From Malacoraja senta (lineage: Eukaryota), in the NCBI GenBank assembly GCA_038087875.1, contig CM075998.1:2668001-2732000 (forward strand): a stretch of DNA of 64,000 nt, read 5' to 3'. The position numbers and the translations under genes were made by a program. Positions 26,510 through 39,893 of this stretch are shown piece by piece (within the stretch, counting starts at the first letter, position 1; every line of letters starts with the position of its first letter). A model generated the notes under the pieces. It ran no database searches, had not been told where the DNA came from, and worked only from the letters and a program-made list of their open reading frames with translations.

Positions 26510-26810
26510 TTTCTTTCTTTCTTTCTTTCTTTCTTCTTTCCTTCTTTCCTTCTTTCTTTCTTTCTTTCTTTCTTCTTTCTTTCTCTCTTTCTCTTCTCTT
26601 TCTTTCCTTTTCTTTCTTTCTTTTCTTTCTTTCTTTCTTTCTTTCTCTCTTTCTTGCTTTCTTGTTCTTTGTCTCTTTCTTCCTCGCTTTCAAGTTCTTT
26701 CTTTCTCTCTTTGTCGCTTTCGCATTCTTTTTCTTTCTCTCTCTTTCTTTCTTTCTCTCTCCCTTTCTCGTTCTTTCTCTCTTTCTTTCTTTGTTTTCCC
26801 CTCCTTTCCT
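25716..26810. repeat. About 1.1-kb polypyrimidine microsatellite (TTTC)n/(TC)n
   Basis: Direct inspection. Confidence 0.97.
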
Positions 26811-27249
26811 CCATTCTGCAAAAGTTAAGGCCATATACAAACCCTTCACATTATTTTTTACTGCAGTCATCAATGCAGAACTCATTTCAGGACTGTGGTA
26901 AACATAAGAGTCATACAGCAACGAAGGCCCATCGGCCCACTAATTTTACACCATCAAATTTAAAGGCTGCACAGTGGTGCAATCAGTGACCCAGAGACCT
27001 GGGTTTGATCCTAACCTCGGGTGCTGTCCTGTGGGAGTTTGCACGTTCTCTCAGTGACGACGTGGGTTTTCCTCTCGGTGCTCCGGTTTCCCCCCTAGTC
27101 CCAAAGACGTGCTGGCTTGTGGATTAATTGCCCTCTGGTTTACCCAGCATCTGCAGTTCCTTGTTTCAAAATGATGGCGCAATAGAGTCATAGAGCGATA
27201 CAGTATGGAAACAGGCCCTTCGGCCCAACTTGCCCACACCGGCCAACAT

Positions 27250-27893
27250 GTATCTGTATCTTGACGTATAATCGCCATCACTGGTTGTCGCATACGTTAG
27301 GAGAGTCATGTGCAAAGTCGCAATTAAATATTAAAGTGGGCCTTAGAAGTCAGCGTCTTAATATCAATTGTTTCCAACTTGGACATGAAGGTCTTGATGT
27401 CGGGTGCAGTGTGAATGTCATGGTGGAGATGATTCCATTCGCGAATTGCCTTTGGGTACAGTTAATTGCTATAACAGTCTGTACTTGTTGGGATGATGTT
27501 GTATTTGAAAACCCCCGATTGCCTGGTCTTTGGTTGACTGGATGAATTTGTAGATTGAAGATGACTCTTGATGTTGCTTGGAATAAACTTGAAGAGTTTC
27601 CATCTCTTGATCAGCAAGGATTTTAGTGATACTGGACTCCCTGCTGTAATCACCAACGGTAAACCTTGCAGCTCTATTTTGAATTCTTTCTAAGTTGTCC
27701 CCATCTGTTTTGTGTTGTGGATCCCAGACCGCGGAGCATTTCTCAAGTTTGGGTCCTTTTCAGAATCTTGTAGGCTATACACTTGGTTCTGTTGTTGCAA
27801 TAATAAATATTTCTCTTCAGCAATCCCAGCATTCTGTTAGCCTTGGTGGTTGTTTGGTTGATGTGAGTAAACCATTTCAAATCACTGCTAAGT
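27250..27893 (-). mobile_element. CR1-group LINE 3' fragment of a divergent family, nested in a CR1 tail
   Basis: With frameshifts: LSSDLKWFTHINQTTTKANRMLGLLKRN...AYKIL..PKLEKCSAVWDP...LERIQNRAARF..DYSRESSIT...YPKAIREWNHL; tail (AGATAC)n. Confidence 0.8.
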
Positions 27894-28114
27894 TCCCAGC
27901 TACACTAGTCCCACCTACATGCCCCAGCTACACTAGTCCCACCTGCCTGCGCTTGGTCCATATCCCTCCAAACTTGTCCCCGGGTTACGGCAGGGTTCCC
28001 CGCCTCCTGTGAACTATTCGTAACCCGAACGCAAGTGGGAAATGCCGTCGCGAACCGAGTTCCCAGGTGGCAGGAGATGCCTCAGCAAGTTCCACCCCAG
28101 AGGAACACACAAAT

Positions 28115-28367
28115 CTAGGCTGTATTACTGAGGGAGAGTCACACTAACAGGGGTGCTGTCTTTCAGATGGGATCTTAAACCAAGACCCGAGTGTTGTCTC
28201 AAGTGAAGATAAAAGATACGGATTTGAAGATATTATGCCCGGGAGATTTATTGGTGAATCAAATGGACTGCCGCATTACAACACTGAATACAACTGAAAA
28301 AATCCCATTGCCCATAAAGCGATGTGGAATATCCAGAATGGTGCGTTGAAGGCACTATTCAAATGTC
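28115..28367 (+). mobile_element. DeuSINE-like ancient SINE, internally deleted
   Basis: tactgagggagagtcacactaacaggggtgctgtctttcagatgggatcttaaaccaagacc resembles the start of the Deu domain. Confidence 0.5.
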
Positions 28368-29378
28368 TCGCCCGCTTGTGCATTCGCGCCTGCCCATTGT
28401 ATCACCTCGGGGGCACAATAGGAAGCCGTGTTGCTATTATTTAAGCTATTCAGCGTTTCTGACTGCGAATGAAACTGTTGATAAAACAGCGTGCATAACA
28501 TAAACAGAAGGCAGACTACCCCAACAATCGTCCAAAATAAACACGAGGTTCTGGACACACGCCCTAGCATTTGCCCCATAACACACATGCCTCTCCAAGA
28601 GCCGGCATTTAAAGACCCGCCATGCCCCCTGGTAATGTATCTTTATTTATTTTGAATGTTGAATTCAGTCAGGAATTGAAAAAAAAAACATATACTCGCT
28701 GTGTTAACTGATGTGCTCAGTAGTTATGTCTTGAACTGGTGGATATGTCAAGATCAGTGACTTCACATGATCCAGTGTGTGGCTGTTTGTTGACTTCCGA
28801 TATGCAATATGAAACATTACCCTTTAGTCATGAGGCTGCTATGCATTTGGGGGTTTTCAGCCGTTTTTATTCAGGGATAATAATGCCAAGTATCATAGTT
28901 TGGTATTAAATCAGCCTCATAAAACACCAGGAACTCCCACGGAGTCCCCCCCCCCTCTGACATCGCTAATGTGTGTCGAGACTGATAGGGCAAAGGGGGG
29001 TTATAATGGCAGCGTTGGGACAAATGGTAAATTGGGAGAAGTAATGGCAACGTTGGACCGAGGCGAGTCGCAGTAAACCATGTCAAAGATGCCTCGGTCC
29101 CCTTTCAAACGCATGTCAGGCTGAATAGCCCCCTTCGCAAGCATGGCCTGAATTTTGAAATTGACTGGTCTGCCCCCATGTGCCATCTCATGCCAACATC
29201 AACATAATTATCCAGGACGTCTGAGCAAACTTAGCTTTATTCTCTGACAAAGACACGCCAGAGGTTTATCCTGCGAGCAGCATTTCATATTGTGAAGAGA
29301 GACCCAAAAAGCTGGAGTAACTCAGCATCTCTGGAGAGAAGGAATGGGTGACGTTTCGAGTCGCGATCCTTCTTCAGT

Positions 29379-29406
29379 CTGAAGAAGGGTCTCGACCCGA
29401 AACGTC
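29379..29406 (+). ncRNA. Minimal hammerhead ribozyme motif, back-to-back with a degenerate antisense copy
   Basis: Exact CTGAAGAAGGGTCTCGACCCGAAACGTC. Confidence 0.6.
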
Positions 29407-29911
29407 ACCCATTTAAAGACATCGTTCACTTTTGCGCTTTTACAATCTTCGGACGACCCGAGACGTTTTCGCTTTGAAGCATTGGTCATTGCTGTAACGT
29501 GATAGTAAATGGGTCCACACACAAAATCCCACCACAGTAATGTGATGGTAACCGGCTCATCAATTTCAGAGTGCAATTTAGTGTGATTGAGTTTGATTTC
29601 GAGTTGGCTCTAAACGGCTGGTGAGTTCCTTGGAATAAGCGCGTGGATCTTATGTTGTATCTTACTGCTAGTGCCTTCCAATTCACACAATTGCATCTCC
29701 TACAAGCTGATAAATGGTTCGTACCTGAAGATAGCTCAACGTAAACCATGGAAGCATAGAAAATAGGAGCAGGAGTAGGCCATTCGGCCCTTCGAGCCAG
29801 CACGGCCATTCAATATGATCACGGCTGATCATCCAAAATCAGTTCCCCGTTCCTGCTTTCTCCCCATTTCCCTTGATTCCGTTAGCGCGAACATATTCTG
29901 CAGAGGCTTTG

Positions 29912-30180
29912 CTCGTTTTCACCCAGCTAACAGCTAACAATGCCCTGTTTCCTTTATCGTCGTGACTTTTTTGCATATCTTTCATTCAATTGTTCTATAT
30001 CTCTCTAAATCACCGTCTTATATCTCTCGTTTCCCTCTCCCCTGACTCTCAGTCTGAAGAAGGGTCTCGACCCGAAACGTCACCCATTCCTTCTCGACAG
30101 AGATGCTGCCTGTCCCGCTGCCTGTCCAGCATCTTGTGTCTATCTTTGGTTTAAACTAGCATCTACTGTTCCTTCCTGCA
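29912..30180 (+). mobile_element. Penelope-like 3' region plus terminal repeat with an intact hammerhead core
   Basis: Matches the 3' region of the 53641 and 32877 copies; core at 30054-30081. Confidence 0.7.
30054..30081 (+). ncRNA. Minimal hammerhead ribozyme motif
   Basis: Exact CTGAAGAAGGGTCTCGACCCGAAACGTC in its native position downstream of the Penelope 3' region. Confidence 0.6.
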
Positions 30181-32876
30181 CTGAATAATGTAGATGCCTC
30201 GGTTGTGATTACGTAGCCGTTGAAGGGTTCCGATGGCAAAGAACACAAATGATTGTCAACTTGTACGTGAACAGAGACTAAATCACTGCCCATTATGCGA
30301 GCCCAGTGGTTTACAATCTGTAAAGTTGTCCAGTCTGAAGAAGGGTCCCGGTCCGAAACGTCGCCTGTCCATTTCCCTCCACAGATGCTGCCTGACCCGT
30401 TTAGTTCTTCCAGCACTTTGTGTTATGCTCAAGATTCCAGCATCTCTGCTGTCTCAATGTGTTACAATACTCAAGAAGTATTATCCAGTTTGGTTTTGTC
30501 ATAGAGTGATACAGCGTGGGAAAAGGCCCTTCGGCCCAACTTGCCCAGACCGGCCAACCTGTTCCACCTACACTAGTCCCACTTGCTCGCGCTTGGTCCA
30601 TATCCCTCCTTGTGGTGCTGAGATTGGAGGACAGACAAAATATAAGCACCTTTAAATATTTTCAACTGATATGATTGGATAAAAATATAGATGAAACTAC
30701 ACCCTCCTACGTGATATGAGTTGGTTGCAGCTGACAAACGTGAGCTATGCCAGTACAACTGCAAGTGCGATTCTGCAACATCTTCCGTCATCTGCGAATG
30801 TTACCATGTCTTTAATACAAAATCAAAATACTGCAGATGTTGGAAGTCTGAAATAAAAACAAAAGCGACCAGAAATACTCAGCTGGTCGGGATGCATCTG
30901 TGAAGAGTGCCACAGAATGGGCGTTGCAGGTTGACAACCATTCTTCAGAATTGAGTTGGTGGAGATTCAATTTCCAGTTACCTGGGTATGAAGAGTGACG
31001 TTAAAAATGCAGTTTATTCCACACAATTTATGTGTGCTGCGAGATTGGGAACTGCCACGCCACATTGATTGAAGAATAGCATCTTAGAGTCATGACAGCA
31101 TGGAAGCAGGCCCTTCGGCCCAACTCGTCCATGCCAACCAAGATGTCCCATTCGAACCGGTCCCATTTACCCATGTTTGGCCCATATCCCTCGAAACCAT
31201 TTCTATCCAGCTATCTGTCCAGGATCACGATGCCCTTTTTCGGGGAATTATTATGAAGAGAGGCTTGGGTTTTTCACACAGCTTGACAGGTGATTTTTGA
31301 ATTGAATTGAATTCAATACTTTATTGAATACTTTATTGTCACATGTGACAAGTCACAGTGAAATTCTTTGCTTGCATACGCAAGGTATGCAAATAGTCAC
31401 CACATACAAAGTTCCAAAGTACCCCCGCGTCAGGTCCCCCTTTCTTCTCTCATTGTGTACAATGATTTATAAGATTACAGAAGGTATAGTGGACCAGCCC
31501 AACCTTCTACCTCAAAGCATGTCTCTATAATGGTGTAAAGTGTGGGCCTGCCCAATGATGACTGTACAGGTCTTGTGATCCATCCCATATTCCTCAGTTA
31601 ATGGACCGGTCCATGCACGCCTGCGCCAACTCTTGAATTACCTCCAAGATTGGACAGACTAGAGGCTGGCAGTGGCCATCTCAAACAATGGGAACATCAG
31701 CCACCAACATTGTCATTCAATGACACCGACAGTGGTAAATCTCCCACCATAGGATAGCAACTAGGATGTTCAGTGACCTTCTTGATGAGTGGAATTTTGC
31801 CAATTTCAAGCATATTAACCAACTTCACCGCTCCCACCAACCCCGGTCTCCCTCACACAGCCTTCCTTCCACAAACCACCATCACCCGCCCCCATGCTCA
31901 ACCCTCCTTCCCCACGCTGACCCCCTGCGTGGCTCTGATGAAATTTGGGACATCGGGAGGTTGCAAAAGGCACAATGAAGAGTCCCGACCAGAAACGTTG
32001 TCTGGCCACCCCCTCCACAGATGCAGCCTGACGCACTGAGTTCCTCCAGTCCTTTGTACTTTGCTCAAGATTCCAGCATCTGCCGTTTCTTGTGACTCCA
32101 CCACCCTCCTTCCACTCTCTTCCCCTCTCCCTCTCCTTCTTTCTTCTCCCACTTTCTTGAAGGTGTGAGGGCTCTTGAGGGTGATTGCAGCTACACCCCT
32201 CCAGTCAAAGTCTTTAAATGTGGAGGAATTTCAATGATTGGAACATTACATAAAATATACACCGCAGAAAACAGGCAGGCAAGTGATTTGTAAAGGGTCC
32301 CCCTGCTTCTACAGAGCCAACTACCAGGAGACAATGCCGGTCACTCCCATAGTCATTCCCATCCTTCCTGCAGATAAATTAACCATCTTGACTTAGTGCT
32401 TTATGCTGAAATGAAATCGGGATCTCATTGCAGGGAGCCAAACGATTGGAAGAACAGAAGGAAACAAAAGGATGGAGAACGATCAGTTGGCTCATGAAAC
32501 TAAATCTTTTCGCTAACTGCTTTAATGTGGATCAGACCCAACACATTTCATCCCGATGAAGGTTCTGCACATTTCTCACAGACACACAAGGGGAAATCCA
32601 TCAAAACTCCAACATACATCCTACAATATCCCTTCTATGCTGCCTTTGAAACAGACATATACAGTGTTGTATCGTTCCAATATTTTTTTGGGGAAAAAAT
32701 ATTGGTAGTATCCAATTTTCTTTTTGCATTTCACCTTTCAAAACTCAGCCAAGACCACATTACGCAGACAAACTATTTTTGCAGTGTAGTTGCTGGTGTA
32801 AACGCAGCAGTCAATCTGTCTACGTCCAGCTCCTACAGGCAGAACGGTGGGAAGGCACCAAGAGAAACTGTTTTAG

Positions 32877-33327
32877 GCGTAGGAAGGGAGTGCAGATGCT
32901 GGTTTACACCGAAAATAGACAAATAAATGCTGGAGTAACTCAGCGGGTCAGACAGCATCACTGGAGAGAAGGAATGGGTGAGACCCTTTGAGACCCTTCT
33001 TCAGACTGAGAGTCAGGGGAGAGGGAGACACAGGGACAAGGAAGGGTAAGGTGTGAAAACAAGACATGAAAAAAGGTGAAGTTCAAGGCAAATGTAGAAT
33101 AGATCGTTATTAGCTAGGAGAAGCAAACAGAGATAAAATGTAATTGGGGACAGTCAGACTGGTCAGTGACCTGGGAAGGGGGAGGGATGGAGAGAGAGGG
33201 AAACAAAGGTTACTTGGACTTAGAGAAGTCAATATTCATACCACTGGGGTGTCAACTGCCCAAGCAAAATATGAGATGCTGTTCCTCCAAATTGTGCTGG
33301 GCCTGACTCTGACAATGGAAGGGGCCA
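32877..33327 (-). mobile_element. Penelope-like element 3' fragment
   Basis: Same endonuclease C-terminal nucleotide block (aattggaggaacagcatctcatattttgcttgggcag on the minus strand) followed by the 3' region and terminal repeat. Confidence 0.75.
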
Positions 33328-34383
33328 AGCAAGGGAGTAGGGTAGTGGGAGAAATGGGTGTGCACCAGGGTGGGGAACAGGGAAGAAAGAGGGGTGGGGG
33401 AATCGATTTAGTGCATCTGGCTAAATTGACAGACTTTAATTCTACTCAACTGAGCTGGGAATCACATGCAAACTTGAAACGGTAAAAGCTGCAGTTCCAT
33501 GTGTGGGAGCAAATAAGCTGGCATGGGTTGGAGCACATGTAAGATGAAGTTGCTGTATGAGCGTGAGTTGATGATTACAGTATTGCACAGCCCGTAAGCA
33601 CCACAGGCCCCACGCTGCTTTGTGTCATCTTTTTTCTGTAGAAGGAAATAAGTCAGGAAATGCCTGCATGTGCAAGTGTCTTGAAGACTTCTGATCTCGA
33701 AAGTGATACAACCGCAAGAGAGTTCTGCAGGACACCCGCTGTGTGCGTCTCCTGGGATGTTGCCTGCTGACCACTCTGGGATGCATTTGGTTTTCTAATG
33801 TGGCGACGACATTTAATAAGGGCTTGGAGCAGCTGAGTCTGTTTTACTGGGAAAGGAAAGATCAGTCAGCTCCAATTATAAAAGATGAATGCCATTAAAG
33901 ACAGGGGCACAGCAATGTTGCTCTCCCATGTCAAAAAGCAGCAACATAAAAAGTATTTTTTGATGCTTAAGGATGAATGAAAAGGGCAAGCTGATAGAAT
34001 AACAGAGCGTGGCAGACCCTCCCTTCATTGTAGATGGTACAGTGGCTCAGCGGGTAGAGCCGCTGCCTCGCAACACGGGAAAGCCAGGTTCAATCCTGAC
34101 CTTGGGTGCTTTCTGTGTGTGTGTGTGGAGTTTGCACCGAGTGCTCCGGTTTCCTCCAACATCCCAATATTATGTTGGTTGGTAGGTTAATTGGCTCTAT
34201 GTAAATTGATTGAGTGAATTGATCTATTAAAACAGACCGCATTGTAACGGGGTAACGGGCTGTTCAACGCCCACCGAGTCCATCGATCAACCGTTAACGT
34301 TAGTTTTCAAAGATATACTCTAAATGCTGGAGTAACTCAGCGGGTCAGACAGCATCTCTGGAGAAAGGGAATAGGCGACTCCT

Positions 34384-34590
34384 TACACATTAGGGACAAT
34401 TACAGCAGGCTGTTAACCTACAGACCCGCACGTCTTTTGGGATGTGGAAGAAAACCGGAGCACCGGAGGAAACGCGCATAGTCAGAGGGAGAACATGTAA
34501 ACTCCACACAGACAGCACCCAAGTCAGGATCGAACCTGGTCTCTGGCACTGTGAGGTAGCTGCTCTGCCCGCTGTGCCACTGTGCTGACC
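34384..34590 (-). mobile_element. HE1-type V-SINE
   Basis: Reverse complement of head and V-domain. Confidence 0.75.
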
Positions 34591-35719
34591 CCAAATTATT
34601 ATTTTTGGCATTCTGTTGATGGAAGGTAGGCATTGTCTTAAAGCTTATATTGGCCGATGTGAAGATTATCACACATGCAACACCCACTTTGAAATGGCTA
34701 CAGCCAGGCATCCTCTAATACGGGAAACGACCCATGTGGCACACACCATTCTCTTGTTAAAACCAAAGTCAGACTTGGGTGAGATGGGAATGCAGGGCGT
34801 TCCTTTATTTAAACATCATAATATGTAACATTTCTTTTATTTATCAGAAATTAAAAGATAGTAAACAATAATATTAAAAAAACATAGAAAGATATTCAAT
34901 ACATAGTGGGATTACATCTATTAGTTTCAGCATGATATATTAAAATCAGATTCTCACATTATTTTACCTACACTTCTGTAAATATAAGCAGGACTCAAGA
35001 CTATGCCTCAAAAATGTTGGCCGAGCATTAAATATAGGTTTAGTATGGAATAAATGTAATTAGTGTTGTGTCTAATTCACTACACCAAAGACTTTTGTTG
35101 GCCCGACACCAGGAAGTCTCAAAAGCTCTGTCAGTCTGTAGAGAACAACAACATCTTGGCTTTATTTAGCACCGTCGACGCAGTAAAATATCCCAACGTG
35201 CTTCACAGGAGCACGATCAAATGGAAAACACGATGCTGCCAAGAGAGACGGGGACATGGGTTCAAAAGGCGGCAGGAGAAGGAACGGGGGTGGGGGACAA
35301 CGAGGGATGTCGAGCATAGGCCTGGGGTAGAGAAAGAACAACATTCAATGGCTGGATAATGTCGGAAGTCGGAAGTTTAGAGGAATTAAGAGGGTCGCTC
35401 TCAGCAGTGCAGCATGCTTGCCCTTGCAATCTTTGGGGACTTGCTGCGCCCAGAAATTCCGGAAAGACTCTGCACGCGCACCTCCAGTTTGCAAGAAGAC
35501 ATTGTCACCGAAAGGACATGGAAATGCAAACAAGCGTTGCATTCCGCGCTTGAGCTCAGTCCCAACGTTTATGTTTTATTAGTATCGCGTGTACCGACCG
35601 AGGCACAGTAAACAAAAAAGCTTTGTCTTGCATGCTATCCAAACAGATCAGATAATACCATACATAAATACAATCAAGTCAAACTCAAGTACAATAGGTA
35701 GACACAATGTGCTGGAGTA

Positions 35720-36220
35720 TGGAGGGAGTGCAGCGTAGGTTTACAAGGTTAATTCCCGGGATGGCGGGACTGTCATATGCTGAGAGAATGGAGCAGCTGG
35801 GCTTGTACACTCTGGAGTTTAGAAGGATGAGAGGATATATCATTGAAACATATAAGATTGTTAAGGGGTTGGACACGCTAGAGGCAGGAAACATGTTCCC
35901 GATGTTGGGGGAGTCCAGAACCAGGGGCCACAGTTTAAGAATAAGGAGTAAGCCATTTAGAACGGAGACGAGGAAACACTTTTTCTCACAGAGAGTGGCG
36001 AGCTGTGGAATTCTCTGCCTCAGAGGGCGGTGGAGGCAGGTTCTCTGGATGCTTTCAAGAGAGATAGATGGGGCTCTTAAAAATAGCGGAGTCAGGGATA
36101 TGGGGAGAAGGCAGGAACGGGGTACTGATTGGGGATGATCAGCCATGATCACATTGAATGGCGGTGCTGGCTAGAAGGGCCGAATGGCCTACTCCTGCAC
36201 CTATTGTCTATTGTCTATTG
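35720..36220 (+). mobile_element. CR1-clade LINE 3' fragment (same young family), inserted in a Penelope terminal repeat
   Basis: Near-identical to 19986-20508; splits gctggagta|actcagc. Confidence 0.9.
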
Positions 36221-36263
36221 TAACTCAGCAGGACAGGCAGCATCTCTGGGAGAAGGAATGGGT

Positions 36264-36291
36264 GACGTTTCGGGTCGAGACCCTTCTTCAG
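36264..36291 (-). ncRNA. Minimal hammerhead ribozyme motif
   Basis: Plus strand GACGTTTCGGGTCGAGACCCTTCTTCAG is the exact reverse complement of the core. Confidence 0.6.
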
Positions 36292-38525
36292 ACAATAGTT
36301 AGATGTTGGTGTTCTGCCCACACATGGCACGACTGACGTGCCCAACAGCACCCACATGCACATGTAAGCAGCTAAGTAACCATATATTAAATCTAAATGT
36401 AAAAATGTGGGCGGATAATCCATAAGAAATGAGCAAGATACAAGATAACAGTTAGGAGCAGAAAGTTGGCAATTAATTATCGGCAACTTGCAGCGGCGCA
36501 GCCGAGAGCAGGGATTTTTCTCAAACACTTCTTTAACAAATTCTTTAGACAAATCACTTCTTCAGACAAATCATTAACATATCCTTGGCATGTTGTGGGG
36601 GAATGCCAATGACTACACCTTGCCACGTGGTTGTTCAGAGTAATGCCCCAGGATATTAAATAAGTTAATTAAGGTGGTCCGTCAAACAGTTTGAACACCT
36701 GGCTTTGAAGTCTGGACATCTTTTTTTCAGCCGCCCCAGTCAATTTCCATTTCAAAGAGATCTTCTCTGGTCGGGGAGTATTATCAGGGCCAGTTAGGAA
36801 GTGTTCACAGGTGCTTGCACGGGGCTTCACAGAGACGTCTTGAAACAGCTTTCTTTCCTTATAAGTTCAGGTGTCGCTGTCTCTTCCCCTTTGACGGCCA
36901 ACGAGGAAATGCATTTGCCAACCCACCACTTCCCCTCATGGCGAGGAGTTTTGCGAAGAACAATTTTAACATCTGAGTCTGCTCAGCCGGAATGTGGGTT
37001 ATTAGCGGGGAATAACATTGGTGAAATCATAAATGATATATAATTTAGCAGGAAATCCTTTGTACTGGATGTATCAAAGTGAATTTAACATTAAAAGTCC
37101 AAGTGGAACAGATAGTCTTTTTGGCTGCTTTTATGCTAACGGTATGTTTCAAACAGCCCCCATGAGATCTAAACTGGTATTTGATCTCCCACTGTTAACA
37201 TGGAACTTGGGACGGCTTTGTCTAAAATACAAATCTGTCTCAATTACCTTTCAATTCTTTCATGTTGTAAACGTCTTTGCATCTACAGATTTCGACCAAA
37301 ACGCTGCTTTACTTGTTGTATAAAGCCAGGCTTTCTGGATATACCAGTCGCTTCTCTGTGTCTTTGGCATCTATTGCGGCGCATTCAGACTGTGCCTTGT
37401 AATGTACCTTGGCCAGAAATATCCCAAGGCTCTGTACTGTCGGAGCTAACACCTTCCAACCATCCTCATTGTCGGCCCACCTCGCCCGCTTCCCCACCGA
37501 GGCACAGTTTCCGAAGTCATGAGAATTTATTCCCTCTCATCTGTCTCTCCACAACCCATGGATAATCCAACATTTATTGCCCAAATTCTCAAATGGATTG
37601 CGGTCGAGAATTGCCGTGCCCAATTCACCCGGTTTTCTAATCCTTTTCCAATGTCCCCAATCCATTAGAGTAACATTCTCCAGAAAAATATCATACTCGG
37701 ACCTTTTCACTCCTTCCCGTCATGCAGGCCTGAGTCTAATCTGACTTTTAGTCTTTGCAATTCCCCATGCCACCTCACTCCTTTCTTCCAAAAATGATCC
37801 CTTGCATTCTCAAAATGGTGCCTTGGGTTCCCTCCCTCCTTCACTCCCTCACCTCTTTGCCCTCCCTCTGGGTGCCCAACTGTCCCCACCGTTTAAGCTC
37901 CAAGACGGTCTTCAAAGGGCCATTACATGGGTTGAAGTGGGCGGTTAATAATGGCGGTTGCTGATCGGAAGGGTAGCTGCGATTTCTGTCCGACATAATC
38001 ATTGATTTTCTCTCAGAACTTCCGTTCCTGGCCTCACACAGCGTGGAAGCCTGCAGGATGTTGAACTGATGTCATCCATTCTCCATGTTGCCAATGAAAG
38101 CTGCCTTGAAGGCCAGGGGGGGGGGGGGGTTTGATCTGGAGTTACTGCAAAGGAGACAACACTCCGAATGACATTGCTGCCCGGAGAAGTGACTGATCGT
38201 CAGAGTGTGGAGACGAGCCTGAATCGCCATGAACATGCCTCTTCTGATTGGGAGTGTTGTTGTTAAGCCTCACAACTCAATGACAGCATCAGGTAAAGAT
38301 TGCCGGTTAAAAAGTGCCGCAAGCGCCTCCAAAACGGATTTGGAGGCATCGTCTACTCCATATATGCCCCCCCCCCCCTCTTCAAGTTGAGACAGTATTT
38401 TAAATTGGACTCTAAAAACCTACTGACAGTTTCCTATTCTTAGCCAGTCGCTGTAAGATTATTTCAAGTGGAGAGGATTGTAACCAATATGGACAGTTGC
38501 ATTTTTTTTGCTGCAAGTTTAAACT

Positions 38526-38725
38526 NNNNNNNNNNNNNNNNNNNNNNNNNNNNNNNNNNNNNNNNNNNNNNNNNNNNNNNNNNNNNNNNNNNNNNNNNNN
38601 NNNNNNNNNNNNNNNNNNNNNNNNNNNNNNNNNNNNNNNNNNNNNNNNNNNNNNNNNNNNNNNNNNNNNNNNNNNNNNNNNNNNNNNNNNNNNNNNNNNN
38701 NNNNNNNNNNNNNNNNNNNNNNNNN
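38526..38725. other. Assembly gap (200 N)
   Basis: Run of N; true distance across it is unknown. Confidence 1.
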
Positions 38726-39347
38726 CGGCGCGGATTCGATGGGCCAAAGGGCCTGTTTCCACACTGCATCTCTAAAACTTTTCTCTGGTAGGCCGTAGGT
38801 TGGGGGGGGGGGGGGGGTGGAGAACTGAAAGAAGTATATATACAAATATGTGTCGACAGTCAGAAACGTTTTTTCCCCAACATAAAATATCTAATAGCAG
38901 AGAGAGTAGCTTTAAAGTGAGAGGGGCCAACGTTTAAAGTTGTTTCGGGTGAGGTTTATCATTCCCACGTACCAAGATACAGTGAAAGGCTTTGTTCTTG
39001 ATGCTATCCAAACAGATCGGTGGGCCGAAGAGTCTGTTCCCTTGAAGTATAACTGCGTACCGGAGCGTATCTCAGGAAACACTAATAACATTAACATTTC
39101 ATTCTTACTCTCTGGTGAATGAGATGCCAGGTCGCAGAAAGGTTTGTATGTAATAAGACTAATTGTATTATTAAAGACACTTGGCATTGATATTGATAAA
39201 AAACTACTCGTTTCTATTTATAGATATCGAGTCAGTCAGTGAGAACTGGATCACGCACCAACTTCGCAGAACGGGAGATGGACTGACGGTTGGATGTGAA
39301 ATCTAAACTCTCTCACCCCCAGCCAAAGATGAGGATGAAATCGCTCA

Positions 39348-39893
39348 CGGCGGCCCAGTGGCGCAGCTGGTAGAACAGCGGCCTCACAGCTCCAGAGACC
39401 CGGGTTCGATCCTGACTGCGGTGGACCTGTCTGTGTGGAGTTTGCACGTTCTCCCTGTGACCGCGTGGGTTTCCTCCGGGAGCTCCGGTTTCCCTCAACA
39501 TCCCAAAGGCGCGCGGGTTTGTAGGTTAATTGGGCCCTCTGTAAATACCCCCTCGTATGGATGTGAAAATGGGATAACGTGCAACTGCTGTGAACGGGTA
39601 GACACAAAATGCTGGAGTAACTCAGCGGGCCAGGCAGCATTCGGGGAGAAGGAATAGGTGACGTTTCGAATCGAGGGTCTGAAGAAGGGTCTCTGCCCGA
39701 AACGCCACGTATTATTTTTCTCCATAAATTCTCCCTGAGCCGCTGAGTTGCTCCAGCATTTTGTGCATATCTTCGGTGTAAACCAGCATATGCAGTTCCT
39801 TCTTACACATATTGTGAACGGGTGATGGGTGGTCGGCGTGGACTTGGTTGGTACAAGGGGCCTATTTCAGGGCTGTATCTCTCTAAACCATAA
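39348..39893 (+). mobile_element. HE1-type V-SINE interrupted by a Penelope fold-back element
   Basis: TGGCGCAGCTGG / GGTTCGATCC head, V-domain, tail resumes after 39823. Confidence 0.8.
39589..39823 (+). mobile_element. Penelope terminal-repeat fold-back element with 11-bp TSD, nested in an HE1-type SINE
   Basis: TSD tgtgaacgggt at 39589-39599 and 39813-39823. Confidence 0.8.

Noticed and set aside
25586..26989. Long F/L/S-rich and K/E/R-rich ORFs
   Set aside because: Artefacts of the (TTTC)n tract.
28355..28588. 77-aa ORF with a hydrophobic stretch, considered as Wnt10a exon 1
   Set aside because: No Wnt10 similarity and no suitable splice donor; it ends within a SINE remnant.
38412..38845. 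ORFs spanning poly-X
   Set aside because: They cross the N gap.
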